Below are positions 48,256 to 57,581 of a stretch of 64,000 nucleotides of DNA, piece by piece (the stretch's first letter is position 1; every line of letters starts with the position of its first letter). Below the pieces are notes generated by a model. The model did no database searches, was not told the DNA's origin, and was given only the letters and a program-made list of their open reading frames with translations. The translations under genes and the position numbers were made by a program. This DNA comes from Alkalispirochaeta sp. (GTDB lineage Bacteria; Spirochaetota; Spirochaetia; DSM-27196; Alkalispirochaetaceae). The stretch lies in contig CBDESZ010000004.1 of NCBI GenBank assembly GCA_965242725.1, forward strand, positions 366,195 to 430,194, in the 5' to 3' direction.

Positions 48256-48603
48256 TTAACCCCGGCCGACCAAGGCGACGCCACCGCAGATCAAGGCGAC
48301 GCCGATGGCGTAGCGGACGTCGACACGCTCGCCGAACATGACCCAACTGGCCGCGGGGACCAGGACAAAGGCGATGGCCATGTAGGGGTAGGCGCGGCTG
48401 AGGTCGATGAACTGCAGGACCCAGACCCAGGCGAGGGTCGCCGTGCCGTAGACGAAAAACGCCGAAAACAGGGGCAGCAGCACCGACATCTGAAAGATGC
48501 CGTCGGTGGCCCGCATGCTGTTGGCGGCGAGTTTGAACAATACTTGGCCGACCGCGATCGCGACGACAATGCTGACCACGGTCAGGTTGGTCCAAATCGT
48601 CAT
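48256..48603 (-). CDS. Small 4-TM EamA/SMR-type protein (ArnE/ArnF-like flippase)
   Basis: 115 aa; GQVLFK; W...L....LSRAYP; FGE; G..LI..G. Confidence 0.8.
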   Translation of the reverse strand: MTIWTNLTVVSIVVAIAVGQVLFKLAANSMRATDGIFQMSVLLPLFSAFFVYGTATLAWVWVLQFIDLSRAYPYMAIAFVLVPAASWVMFGERVDVRYAIGVALICGGVALVGRG

Positions 48604-48740
48604 TTACGGCATTTCCCGACCAAAAAAGGCCCGGCCGGCGTGGGCCAGGCCGCGAAAACGCGCACAGGGTACCGCCTTGGGCTGGCCGGCAAAGTCTCTC
48701 AGAAGGCGGAGCGGGTTACGAATTAGGGGTAGGCGGCTGC

Positions 48741-50639
48741 CTACCACAGCCGTTGTTTGTCGACGAAGATCATGTGCCAAAGTTCGAGAATTACCAGTGA
48801 ATACATCTGCTTGATGTAGACGAATTCTCGGGAGTCGACTTTTTCTTTCAAACTCTTGACGTACCCATAATCAAAATACCCGCGTTTATTTACGGCGTCT
48901 TCGTTCAGGGTCATGTCGACGAGTTCCTGGGCCGCGGGATTGCCGTAAAAGTGCTCAAGGGGGAAGTAAAACGGGTTCTTGGCGCGTTTTGCCGAGGCCT
49001 GGGGCAAGGTGCGGCGCGCGTATTCGCGCTCGATGTACTTGTCGGTCAGGCCGCGCACCTTGAGGTTGGGCGGGGTGCGGAAGGCGAGTTCGATGAGGCG
49101 GTGGTCGAGGAACGGGGCGCGCAGCTCGAGGGAGTGGGCCATGGTGTTTTTATCCTGCCGTAACAGCAGGTTATCCTGGAGCCAATCGTTGAATTGGAGC
49201 TTCAGCAGGCGGTCGAGGACGGCGCCGCCGGCGTCGCAGGACTCGCGCAGCAGGGCGTCGGTGGCGCGGTCGCGGAAGGCAGGGGCGTAGACCGCCCGGC
49301 GCTCGTCGTGGTCCCACAGGGTGCGCAGGAAGGCGTAGTTTTGCGCCAGGCTGCGTTCGGGAAAATCGCGTAAGTATTTGATAACGCGATCTTTTCCCTT
49401 GGTGCCGAGGTATGCCGGGTAGTTGAACAGGCGGTTCAGGGCGGCGACGGGGGTGGCCTGGAGCATGGGTAGCGCCAGACCGCGCTGGGCAATGCCCGGG
49501 ACGATGCGGTTCCACAGGTCGGTGTAGCGGATGATCTTGTGGAACGAATAGCCGGCGAACAGTTCGTCGGCGCCCTCCCCGCTGAGCACCACCTTGACCT
49601 CGGACGCGGCGGCCTTGGCGAGGTGGTAGTAGGCGAGGACGAGGGCGTCGCCGATGGGCCGCTCAAGGTGCCAGATGGCCTTGGGCAGGTCGGCGAATTG
49701 GGCCGGGCCGATGACGACCTCGTGGTGTTCGGTGCCGAAATGGTCGGCCAGGGCGCGGGCGTCGGGCAGCTCGTCGATGGGCGAGCCGAAGCCCAAGGAG
49801 AAGGTCTTAAAGCGGTCGACGAATTTGGCCATGGTGCCGACGACCAAGCTGGAATCGACGCCGGCGCTGAGATAGGCGGCGACGGGCACGTCGGAGCGCA
49901 GGGTGAGGCGGACGGCGTCGACGAAGGCGTCGTCGAAGGCGGCCAGGTACTCGTCGGCGTCGGCATAGGGACCGGCGGAAAGCTCGATATTCCAGTAGCG
50001 TTCGACGGTCAGGTCGGCGCCGGAGAGGCGCAGGGTGTGGCCGGCGGGCAGGACCTGGACGTCCTGAAACATGGTTTGCGGCTGGGGCGTGTAGCGCAGA
50101 CCGAGGAAACCGTCGATGGCGGCGGGATTGCAGGCGGCGGTGACGTGCATCGACTCGAGGATCGACTTGACCTCGGAGCCGAACAGGAACCGGCCGTTTT
50201 TATGTATATAATACAATGGCTTCTGGCCGGCGCGGTCGCGGGCCATGAAGACTTCGCCGGTGCGGGTGTCGTAGATGCAGAAGGCGAACATGCCGTTGAG
50301 GTGCTGGACGACGTCGGCGCCCCATTCCTCGTAGCCGTGAACCAGGACCTCGATGTCCGAATTGGTGGCGAACTTGTAGCCGGCGCCGCGCAGTTCGTTG
50401 CGCAGTTCGACATAGTTGTAGATCTCGCCATTGGCGACGACGGCGATGGTGCGGTCGGCGTTGAAGATGGGCTGGTCGCCGGTGTCGAGGTCGATGATCG
50501 ACAGGCGGCGCATGCCCATGGCGAACCGGTCATGCTCGAAGAAGCCCTCGCCATCGGGGCCGCGATGGACGATGACATCGGCCATGCGGCGCAGAAGCCC
50601 AGGTTCCTCGAATCCGGCGAAGCCGAATATTCCACACAT
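48741..50639 (-). CDS. asnB: Glutamine-dependent amidotransferase, asparagine synthase B family
   Basis: MCGIFG, HRGPD, RLSIID, NGEIYN, LSAGVDSS, SGEGADE, LELRAPFLD. Confidence 0.9.
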   Translation of the reverse strand: MCGIFGFAGFEEPGLLRRMADVIVHRGPDGEGFFEHDRFAMGMRRLSIIDLDTGDQPIFNADRTIAVVANGEIYNYVELRNELRGAGYKFATNSDIEVLVHGYEEWGADVVQHLNGMFAFCIYDTRTGEVFMARDRAGQKPLYYIHKNGRFLFGSEVKSILESMHVTAACNPAAIDGFLGLRYTPQPQTMFQDVQVLPAGHTLRLSGADLTVERYWNIELSAGPYADADEYLAAFDDAFVDAVRLTLRSDVPVAAYLSAGVDSSLVVGTMAKFVDRFKTFSLGFGSPIDELPDARALADHFGTEHHEVVIGPAQFADLPKAIWHLERPIGDALVLAYYHLAKAAASEVKVVLSGEGADELFAGYSFHKIIRYTDLWNRIVPGIAQRGLALPMLQATPVAALNRLFNYPAYLGTKGKDRVIKYLRDFPERSLAQNYAFLRTLWDHDERRAVYAPAFRDRATDALLRESCDAGGAVLDRLLKLQFNDWLQDNLLLRQDKNTMAHSLELRAPFLDHRLIELAFRTPPNLKVRGLTDKYIEREYARRTLPQASAKRAKNPFYFPLEHFYGNPAAQELVDMTLNEDAVNKRGYFDYGYVKSLKEKVDSREFVYIKQMYSLVILELWHMIFVDKQRLW

Positions 50640-50920
50640 GCTGACCAAAACCAGGGTGGCGGCATCCACCGAAGCGTTCGCCCAAGCGCGGTTTTTGCCG
50701 GAAATCCGCGCCGATCCGCGGCCATGATGCAGCGTTGGTGTGGCGGCAACTATGACCCTTCGTCACTAGACGTATGCTCTTTGGAATTAGATTTCGGATC
50801 GATCGGGATACGCCCGTACCCATAGCGCTAGACTGCGGGCGGGCCGGTATGGCGCTAGATTCGGGCCGCGGAATTGGCGCCACCGCCGGGATTGGCGCGC
50901 CACCGGAGCGGCCGAAAGCG

Positions 50921-52495
50921 ATGAACAACAGCGCGGTAGAAGACCCGATGGTCGCGGTGCGGCCGAGTGAGCGTACAGGGACCCGGTGGGCCGTGGTGTT
51001 GCTCGGCCTGGTCGGCGTCGGCCTGGTGTTGCGCCTGTTGGAGCTGACCAGCCATAGCCTGTGGTTCGACGAGGGGTTGAGCCTGAGTACCGCCCTGCCG
51101 GCGACGTTCGGCGGGTTCATGGCCAACCTTTCGGAAATGGGGCCCGGCCAGATCACGCAGCCGCTGTATTTCCTCATCCTGCACTGGTGGATCAAAATCG
51201 CCGGGGCGGGCGATGCCAGCCTGCGGCTGCTGTCGGTGCTGTTGGGCACGGCGGCGGTCGGGGTGACCACGATCGCGGCGCTGCAGATTTTTGGCCGGCG
51301 GCACGCGATGTGGGCGACGGCGTTCATGGCGACGAGCGGCTTCGCGGTCTACTACAGCCAGGAGATCCGGCCGTACGCGCTGCTGATGCTGCTGACGGCG
51401 TTGCTGGTGTGGGCGTACATGCGGGTCGCGGTGGCGCCGCGCTTGAGCGCCGGGCTGATTGCCGCGCTGACGGTGACGACGGTGTTGTCGCTGCTCGGCA
51501 GCTTCATTTTCGTGTTCTTCCTTACCGCCCTGGCGCTGGCCGACCTGGCGATCACGCTGCCGCGCAAGCCGGGCGGCTTCAAACGGTGGTTTCTGACCTG
51601 GCTGGTGCCGGGACTGGCGGCGCTGCCGGTGCTGGCGGTGTTTCTGGCGGCGTGGCCGTCGACGACGTCGGTGAGCGCGCCGCCGAACCCGTTGCTGAAC
51701 CTGTTCTACGTGCCGTTCGGGCTGATCGTCGGGCAGACTTTCGGGCCGCCGCTGGACACGCTGCGCGGCAGCGATGTGGTGCAGGTGGTGCTGCGGCAGT
51801 GGCCGCAGTTGCTGGCCCTGGCGGTGACCGGCCTGTTGTTGCTGGTCCAATTGCGGCGGCTGGTGATCAACGACGCCATGACGGCGCCGGCGCTGGCAGC
51901 GGTTCGCGCCGTGGGGCTGAGCATCGTGATTTCCTACGCCATCGGCGTGGTGATGGTGTTCGGGCTCGACTTCAACTGGTTGCCACGGCGGGCGTTCTAC
52001 CTGCTGGTGCCGTTGGCCTTGGTGCTGCCGGTGGCGGCGATGAGCGTCGAGCGGCGCTGGCTGGCGGGGATCCCGCTGGCGGCGCTGATCGCGCTGAACC
52101 TGATTTCGGTCAACACCTACTTCTTCGACCCGACCCATCGGCGGGACGAATACCGGGAGGCGTTGGCCTATCTCGACGGCCTGACCGACGCGCCGGCGGC
52201 GGCGGTGATCCTGGAAGGCAACCTGGAAGTGCTGAGGCACTACGGCCACCCGGAGATCATGGACGGGGTGTTCGCGTCGAAGACGGACGACTTCCTAGGG
52301 GCGATCGGCGAGCTGAGCGGCGGCGCCGACGCGCTGACGGTGCTGATCGCGCGGCCTTGGGATTTCCGGCGGCACTTTTCGGCGCGCAACGACCGGCCGT
52401 TCCTCGAGGTGATGGCCGACGATTGGACGCTGGCGGACCGGCAGAGCTTCGTAGCGATCGACGTCTATCGCTTTACCCGGCTACCGCAGAACTGA
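50921..52495 (+). CDS. GT-C fold membrane glycosyltransferase (PMT/ArnT-like)
   Basis: SLWFDE after TM1; PLYF..LH; LRLLS; YYSQEIRPY; about 11 TM helices; periplasmic C-terminus. Confidence 0.82.
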   Translation: MNNSAVEDPMVAVRPSERTGTRWAVVLLGLVGVGLVLRLLELTSHSLWFDEGLSLSTALPATFGGFMANLSEMGPGQITQPLYFLILHWWIKIAGAGDASLRLLSVLLGTAAVGVTTIAALQIFGRRHAMWATAFMATSGFAVYYSQEIRPYALLMLLTALLVWAYMRVAVAPRLSAGLIAALTVTTVLSLLGSFIFVFFLTALALADLAITLPRKPGGFKRWFLTWLVPGLAALPVLAVFLAAWPSTTSVSAPPNPLLNLFYVPFGLIVGQTFGPPLDTLRGSDVVQVVLRQWPQLLALAVTGLLLLVQLRRLVINDAMTAPALAAVRAVGLSIVISYAIGVVMVFGLDFNWLPRRAFYLLVPLALVLPVAAMSVERRWLAGIPLAALIALNLISVNTYFFDPTHRRDEYREALAYLDGLTDAPAAAVILEGNLEVLRHYGHPEIMDGVFASKTDDFLGAIGELSGGADALTVLIARPWDFRRHFSARNDRPFLEVMADDWTLADRQSFVAIDVYRFTRLPQN

Positions 52496-52504
52496 CACCC
52501 CCCC

Positions 52505-52573
52505 AAAAAAAAATGCCGCCCCCAGGCGGCGGGCAAAAAAAGTGCCGCCCGCCGGGCGAACCCGACGGGCGGC
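52505..52573 (-). terminator. Two tandem intrinsic terminators
   Basis: Hairpins at 52515-52530 and 52544-52573, each preceded by an A-tract on + (U-tract on -). Confidence 0.7.
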
Positions 52574-52599
52574 GGGGCGCTCCGCCAATCGGCGATAAC

Positions 52600-53559
52600 C
52601 TAAGCCGTGGTCGGATGATCCTCGGGCAGGGCATCGACCAGGGTGTCGGCACCATCCATTTCGATGGGGAACGAGCGCTGCATGCCCTCGTGGACACCGA
52701 TGGGGTCGTAGCCGAAGTCGCGCACGTTGGGCTGCCAATCGGGGTTGGCATCCTGGCTGAGGCCGGCGATGCCCTGCCAGGTAACCGGCGGGTTCTTCAT
52801 CACCAGGCCCATGACAAAGGCGGCGAACCGCAGGACGGGCACCGGCACGGGGATGAACAACTTGGCGCCGACGCCGCGGTGCTTGAGGATCAGCCGGGCG
52901 AAATCCCACATGGAGATCTCTTCACTGCCCGAGAAGGCGTAGGTCTTGCCGTAGGTGTTGGGGTTTTTGTAGAGGGCGAACAGGCCGCGTTCCATGTCCG
53001 AGACATGAACCGGGTTCTTCACGGCGTTGCCCAAACCGACCATGGGCACGACGGGCAGGCGCAACAACATGTCCATGAACTTCATGAACTCGATGCCGCC
53101 GTCGGGGCCGTAGGCCAAGGTGGGCCGGACGATGGTGTAGTGCATCGCCTTCTGCTCCTTGATCATGCGCTCGCCTTCGCGCTTCGACAGGGAATATTCC
53201 GTCGGGTGCGGGTAGGTGACCGAGATCGAGGAAACAGAAATGAAGTGGTTAACGCCGGCGTCGATGGCGCCGTCGATCATGTTGCGCGTGCCGTCGACAT
53301 TGACCTTTTGGAACAACGCCGGGGTCGGGGGCAGCAATACCGCCGCCAAGTGGTAGACGGTATCAACCCCATCGAAGACGCCGTCGAGGCTGGAAGCGTC
53401 GGACACATCGCCATAGCGAATATCGACATCCAGGCCCTTGAGGCGGGGCTCACCCGGGTCATTCGGAAGGATTAGGACGCGCACCCTTTCGCCGCGTTCG
53501 ATGAAGCCACGCACCAGCGAGGACCCCATGAAACCAGCGCCGCCAGTAATCAGGATCAT
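52600..53559 (-). CDS. NAD(P)-dependent epimerase/dehydratase family (extended/atypical SDR)
   Basis: ITGGAGFMG, HLAA, YSLSK, RPTLAYG. Confidence 0.85.
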   Translation of the reverse strand: MILITGGAGFMGSSLVRGFIERGERVRVLILPNDPGEPRLKGLDVDIRYGDVSDASSLDGVFDGVDTVYHLAAVLLPPTPALFQKVNVDGTRNMIDGAIDAGVNHFISVSSISVTYPHPTEYSLSKREGERMIKEQKAMHYTIVRPTLAYGPDGGIEFMKFMDMLLRLPVVPMVGLGNAVKNPVHVSDMERGLFALYKNPNTYGKTYAFSGSEEISMWDFARLILKHRGVGAKLFIPVPVPVLRFAAFVMGLVMKNPPVTWQGIAGLSQDANPDWQPNVRDFGYDPIGVHEGMQRSFPIEMDGADTLVDALPEDHPTTA

Positions 53560-53939
53560 GGTATCAACACATTCCAAATATCGCGGTTAAACAAAATATC
53601 AGTAAGCGTTACCGATCTAACTGTAACCCAATCCGAAATCTCGCTGCCCGCGCATTTATCGGTAAAGGCTTCGTTATGCATGGGTACCTCGTTAACGATT
53701 TCCGATCCGACTGGGTTACCCCATTTTAGACCTGTCGCTTCGTTATATTTTTCCGCGTTATCGGTGGTGGGTTTATTGTTCGACGGGTAAGCAATTCGGC
53801 GGCGGTTTTCGTGGCGCTTATCCCAAACGGTTCGTTGATCTGGAATTGGTTCGCTGGCTATATCCGTTGAGTTTTCCCGCTCAAGGCGCCCGGCAAGATT
53901 TGACGGCCCGGCGTCGAGAGTCCCCTGGAGGCAAGATCG

Positions 53940-54770
53940 ATGTCGGTGAAAGCCGCCTCGTCTAATTGTGAAATCGCCGCCGACACGCCGCCGTCCGCAC
54001 GGGTCAACGTGCTGGGTGTCGGGGTCAGCGCGGTCAACCTGACGTCGGCGACCGAGACCATCGGCCGGTGGATCGACACGCGGGCCAATACCTACGTCTG
54101 CATCACCGGGGCGCACGGGGTGATCGAGAGCCAGAAGGACGACACCCTGCGCGGCATTCACAACGCCGCGGGCATGGTAACGCCGGACGGCATGCCGCTG
54201 GTGTGGCTGAGCCGGTTGCGCGGGCAACGGACGGTGGACCGGGTTTACGGCCCCGACCTGATGGCCGAGGTGTGCGACAAGATGCGTGAGCGCGGTTGCC
54301 GGCATTTCCTGTACGGCGGCAACACCGGGGTGGCGGAGAAGCTGGCCGACGCGCTCAGGGCGCGGTTCCCGGGGATCGAGATCGCCGGCACCTACACGCC
54401 GCCGTTCCGGGCGTTGACGGACGAGGAAGACGCGGCGGTCGTCGAGATGATCAACGACAGCGGCGCCGACATCGTCTGGGTCGGGCTGAGCACGCCGAAG
54501 CAAGAGTATTGGATGTCGGCGCACGCCGGGCGGACCAACGCCGCGGTGATGGTCGGCGTCGGCGCGGCGTTCGATTTTCACGCCGGGCTCAAGGAGCAGG
54601 CGCCGCGGTGGATACAGCGCAGCGGCTTCGAATGGCTTTTCCGGCTGGTGACGGAGCCGAAGCGGCTGTGGCGCCGGTATGCGGAGATCGTGCCGTTGTT
54701 CCTGCTGCTGGTCGCGCTGGAGAGCCTCGGGCTGAGGCGGCGCCGGCTGGATCAGGGTTCGGCGGCTTAA
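53940..54770 (+). CDS. WecB/TagA/CpsF glycosyltransferase (GT26)
   Basis: PDGMP, RVYGPDL, GL.TPKQE, GVGAAFDF, GFEWLFRL..EPKRLWRRY. Confidence 0.92.
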   Translation: MSVKAASSNCEIAADTPPSARVNVLGVGVSAVNLTSATETIGRWIDTRANTYVCITGAHGVIESQKDDTLRGIHNAAGMVTPDGMPLVWLSRLRGQRTVDRVYGPDLMAEVCDKMRERGCRHFLYGGNTGVAEKLADALRARFPGIEIAGTYTPPFRALTDEEDAAVVEMINDSGADIVWVGLSTPKQEYWMSAHAGRTNAAVMVGVGAAFDFHAGLKEQAPRWIQRSGFEWLFRLVTEPKRLWRRYAEIVPLFLLLVALESLGLRRRRLDQGSAA

Positions 54771-54806
54771 TCAAATTCAGAGCATTGGATTTTTGGAGGA
54801 GTGTTG

Positions 54807-55805
54807 ATGTTGGATCTTGATAATGAAGTTCTGGTGACGGGAGCCGGGGGCTTCATTGGCGGGCACCTGGTCGCGCACCTGTTGAAGCACGGGCACCAGA
54901 AGGTGCGGGCCGTCGACGTCAAGCCGATGAGCCAGTGGTACCAGGTGTCGGCGGACGCGACGAACCTGCAGCGCGACCTGATGGACAAGGGTGCGTGCGA
55001 GGAAGCGGCCGACGGCGTCGGCTACATCTACAACCTGGCGGCCGACATGGGCGGCATGGGGTTCATCGAGAACCACAAGGCCGACTGCATGCTGTCGGTG
55101 CTGATCAACACCCACCTGCTGATGGCGGCGCGGGACGCCGGCGTGAAGCGGATGTTCTTCTCGTCGTCGGCATGCGTGTACGCGGCGGACAAGCAGACCT
55201 CGGCGGACGTTGAGCCGCTGCGGGAGGCCGACGCCTACCCGGCGATGCCGGAAGACGGCTACGGCTGGGAGAAGCTGTTCAGCGAGCGCATGTGCCGCCA
55301 CTTCAGCGAAGACTTCGGCATCGAGACGCGGGTGGCGCGCTACCACAACGTGTACGGGCCGAACGGCACCTATGACGGCGGCCGCGAGAAGGCGCCGGCG
55401 GCGATCTGCCGCAAGGTGATCGAGGCGAAGATGTCCGGCAAGCACGAGATCGAAATCTGGGGCGACGGCGAGCAGACCCGCAGCTTCATGTACATCGACG
55501 ACTGCCTGAAGGGCACCGACATGATCATGCGCGGGCACTTCAGCGAACCGCTGAACCTGGGCAGCGACGAGTTGGTGACGATCAACCAGCTGGTCGACGT
55601 GGTCGAGAAAATCGCCGGGGTCGAGCTGAAGCGGAACTACAAGCTCGACGCGCCGAAGGGCGTGCGGGGCCGGAACAGCGAAAACTCCCTGATCAAGGAA
55701 GTGTTCGACTGGGCGCCGAACATCTCCCTGGAGACCGGCATGGAGAAGACCTACCGCTGGATCCACGACCAAATGGCGGCGCGCTACGCCGTCGCGGCCA
55801 AGTAA
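54807..55805 (+). CDS. GDP-mannose 3,5-epimerase-like protein
   Basis: NLAADMGGMGFI, SSACVY, YGWEK, GGREKAPAA.CRK, GVRGRNS: motifs recalled from plant GME. Confidence 0.85.
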   Translation: MLDLDNEVLVTGAGGFIGGHLVAHLLKHGHQKVRAVDVKPMSQWYQVSADATNLQRDLMDKGACEEAADGVGYIYNLAADMGGMGFIENHKADCMLSVLINTHLLMAARDAGVKRMFFSSSACVYAADKQTSADVEPLREADAYPAMPEDGYGWEKLFSERMCRHFSEDFGIETRVARYHNVYGPNGTYDGGREKAPAAICRKVIEAKMSGKHEIEIWGDGEQTRSFMYIDDCLKGTDMIMRGHFSEPLNLGSDELVTINQLVDVVEKIAGVELKRNYKLDAPKGVRGRNSENSLIKEVFDWAPNISLETGMEKTYRWIHDQMAARYAVAAK

Positions 55806-55860
55806 CGGGCTTGGGGCGGGCGCCGGCCGACGGTGCCCGTCTAAACAACCACCGTTTGAC

Positions 55861-57225
55861 GTGACCGCACAGGCCGAAATCTACGAAGCCGCCGATCGCC
55901 GGGCCGCCATGTACGAGCGGCTCGGCGTCTGGCTTTTCGTCGCCATCCTGCTGTTCGTGGCGATCGGGACATCGCCGTTTTCGGCGCTAGAGGTGGTCGA
56001 ATCGCCGGCCGACGGCGGCAACTTCATCAACCGGGTGACGTGGGTGACCTTCGCCATCGTGTCGTTGGCGCTGGGCTTCGCCCGGGACTCGACGGCGGCG
56101 TTGCGATTGTTCGTGCGGGCCTGGCCGGCCTGGCTGGTGATCGGCTGGGCGTTGCTTTCGTTTATGTGGGCCGACCACCCGGACCTGGCGGTGCGGCGGT
56201 CGGTACGGTTGGCGATTGTCGCGGTGACCGGCTTCGGGTTGGCGTTGACGATGCCGGACCCGAAGAAGTTCATGCCGCTGATGCTGGTGGTGACCGGCAT
56301 CGTGCTGACGATCAACGTGCTCGGCAGCGTCGCCCTGCCGCACATCGCGGTGAGCGAATCCGGTTACCGGGGCATGCATTCGCACAAGAACACGGCGGGT
56401 CAGGTGACGCTGGTCGCGGTGCTGGCGTGGATGGTGGCGGCGGCCATCGTACGCGACGTGCGGGCGCGGATGCTGGTGACGCTGGGCGCCGTGGCGTGGG
56501 CCGGCTTCCTGGTGCTGACCCAGTCGAAGACCAGCTTGGGTGCGGCGGCCATCGTACCGCTGGCGCTGATCGCCGGGAACATGGTGATGCGCGCCGAACG
56601 GCTGCCGGGGCGGGCGCTGGCGGCCTTGTTCTTCTCCATTCTGATGGCGCTGTGGTTTGCCATGCTGGCGCTTGGATTGGATTGGACCGACTTCGCCTTA
56701 TTCTTCTTCGATGACCTGACGTTCACCGGCCGGACGTCGTTGTGGTCGTTCATCTCGACGGAGATCCGGGAGTCGCCATGGCTCGGGGTGGGATACGGCT
56801 CGTTCTGGCAGACCGGGCTGCGTTTCAGTCCCCTGGAGTACACCCGGGAATGGTTCAACAACGCGTCGCAATCGCATAACGGCTACCTGGACCTGATCCT
56901 GCACCTGGGCTTCATCGGCCTGGGCCTGGGACTGCTGGCGATCGTGCAGTCCTTGGTCGCGGCACTGCGGCTGTTGGGGCGGCCCAACATCGGCACCGCC
57001 GAACAGGGCGCTTACCTGATGGCGATGGCGTTCCTGCTCGGCATCATGGTGATGAACTTCATGGAAACGTCCTACTTCCGGTCGGCCGGGTATCTCGGGA
57101 CGATCTTCCTGTTTGTGTACTTCGCGGTGATCCGTTGGGGACTGGACGCACCGGAGTCGGCGACGGATTCCGAGGAGGCTGGGCAAGGGCCGCGACTCGT
57201 CGCGGCAGACGCAACCGTTCGGTAA
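55861..57225 (+). CDS. Wzy polymerase / O-antigen ligase family (ExoQ-like)
   Basis: Multi-TM; HKN..G; SKTS; TFTGRT..W; PWLGVGY..FW; SHNGYLD. Confidence 0.85.
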   Translation: MTAQAEIYEAADRRAAMYERLGVWLFVAILLFVAIGTSPFSALEVVESPADGGNFINRVTWVTFAIVSLALGFARDSTAALRLFVRAWPAWLVIGWALLSFMWADHPDLAVRRSVRLAIVAVTGFGLALTMPDPKKFMPLMLVVTGIVLTINVLGSVALPHIAVSESGYRGMHSHKNTAGQVTLVAVLAWMVAAAIVRDVRARMLVTLGAVAWAGFLVLTQSKTSLGAAAIVPLALIAGNMVMRAERLPGRALAALFFSILMALWFAMLALGLDWTDFALFFFDDLTFTGRTSLWSFISTEIRESPWLGVGYGSFWQTGLRFSPLEYTREWFNNASQSHNGYLDLILHLGFIGLGLGLLAIVQSLVAALRLLGRPNIGTAEQGAYLMAMAFLLGIMVMNFMETSYFRSAGYLGTIFLFVYFAVIRWGLDAPESATDSEEAGQGPRLVAADATVR

Positions 57226-57581
57226 AGGTAGCGCCGTTATCGCCCGCGCGTTTGGGTTATCACTACATCGAAAGCGGTAACCGGCCCTCCGAAATCACTT
57301 CGGGGTTTGGCGCGGCATCGTGTTTGGAGATCTGGAGGGACCGTCCCCAGTCATTGTTACTACTTCAGGTACTCCAAATTAGTCAGGGTTTACTCCTTCC
57401 ATCGTCTTTCCGCCGTTCTGAAAGGTTGCGAATAATGCCTCCTCAGCATGAGGGGCCACCCCGCGAGCATATTCACTATCGGGGCAGCCATCACGCTGAG
57501 GTTCGGCATGCGGATTTTGGCGTGCGTGTTATTGACCGGTCCGCCACGGAATCGGCTTTTAACAGAGGGTAGCTTAGGAAT

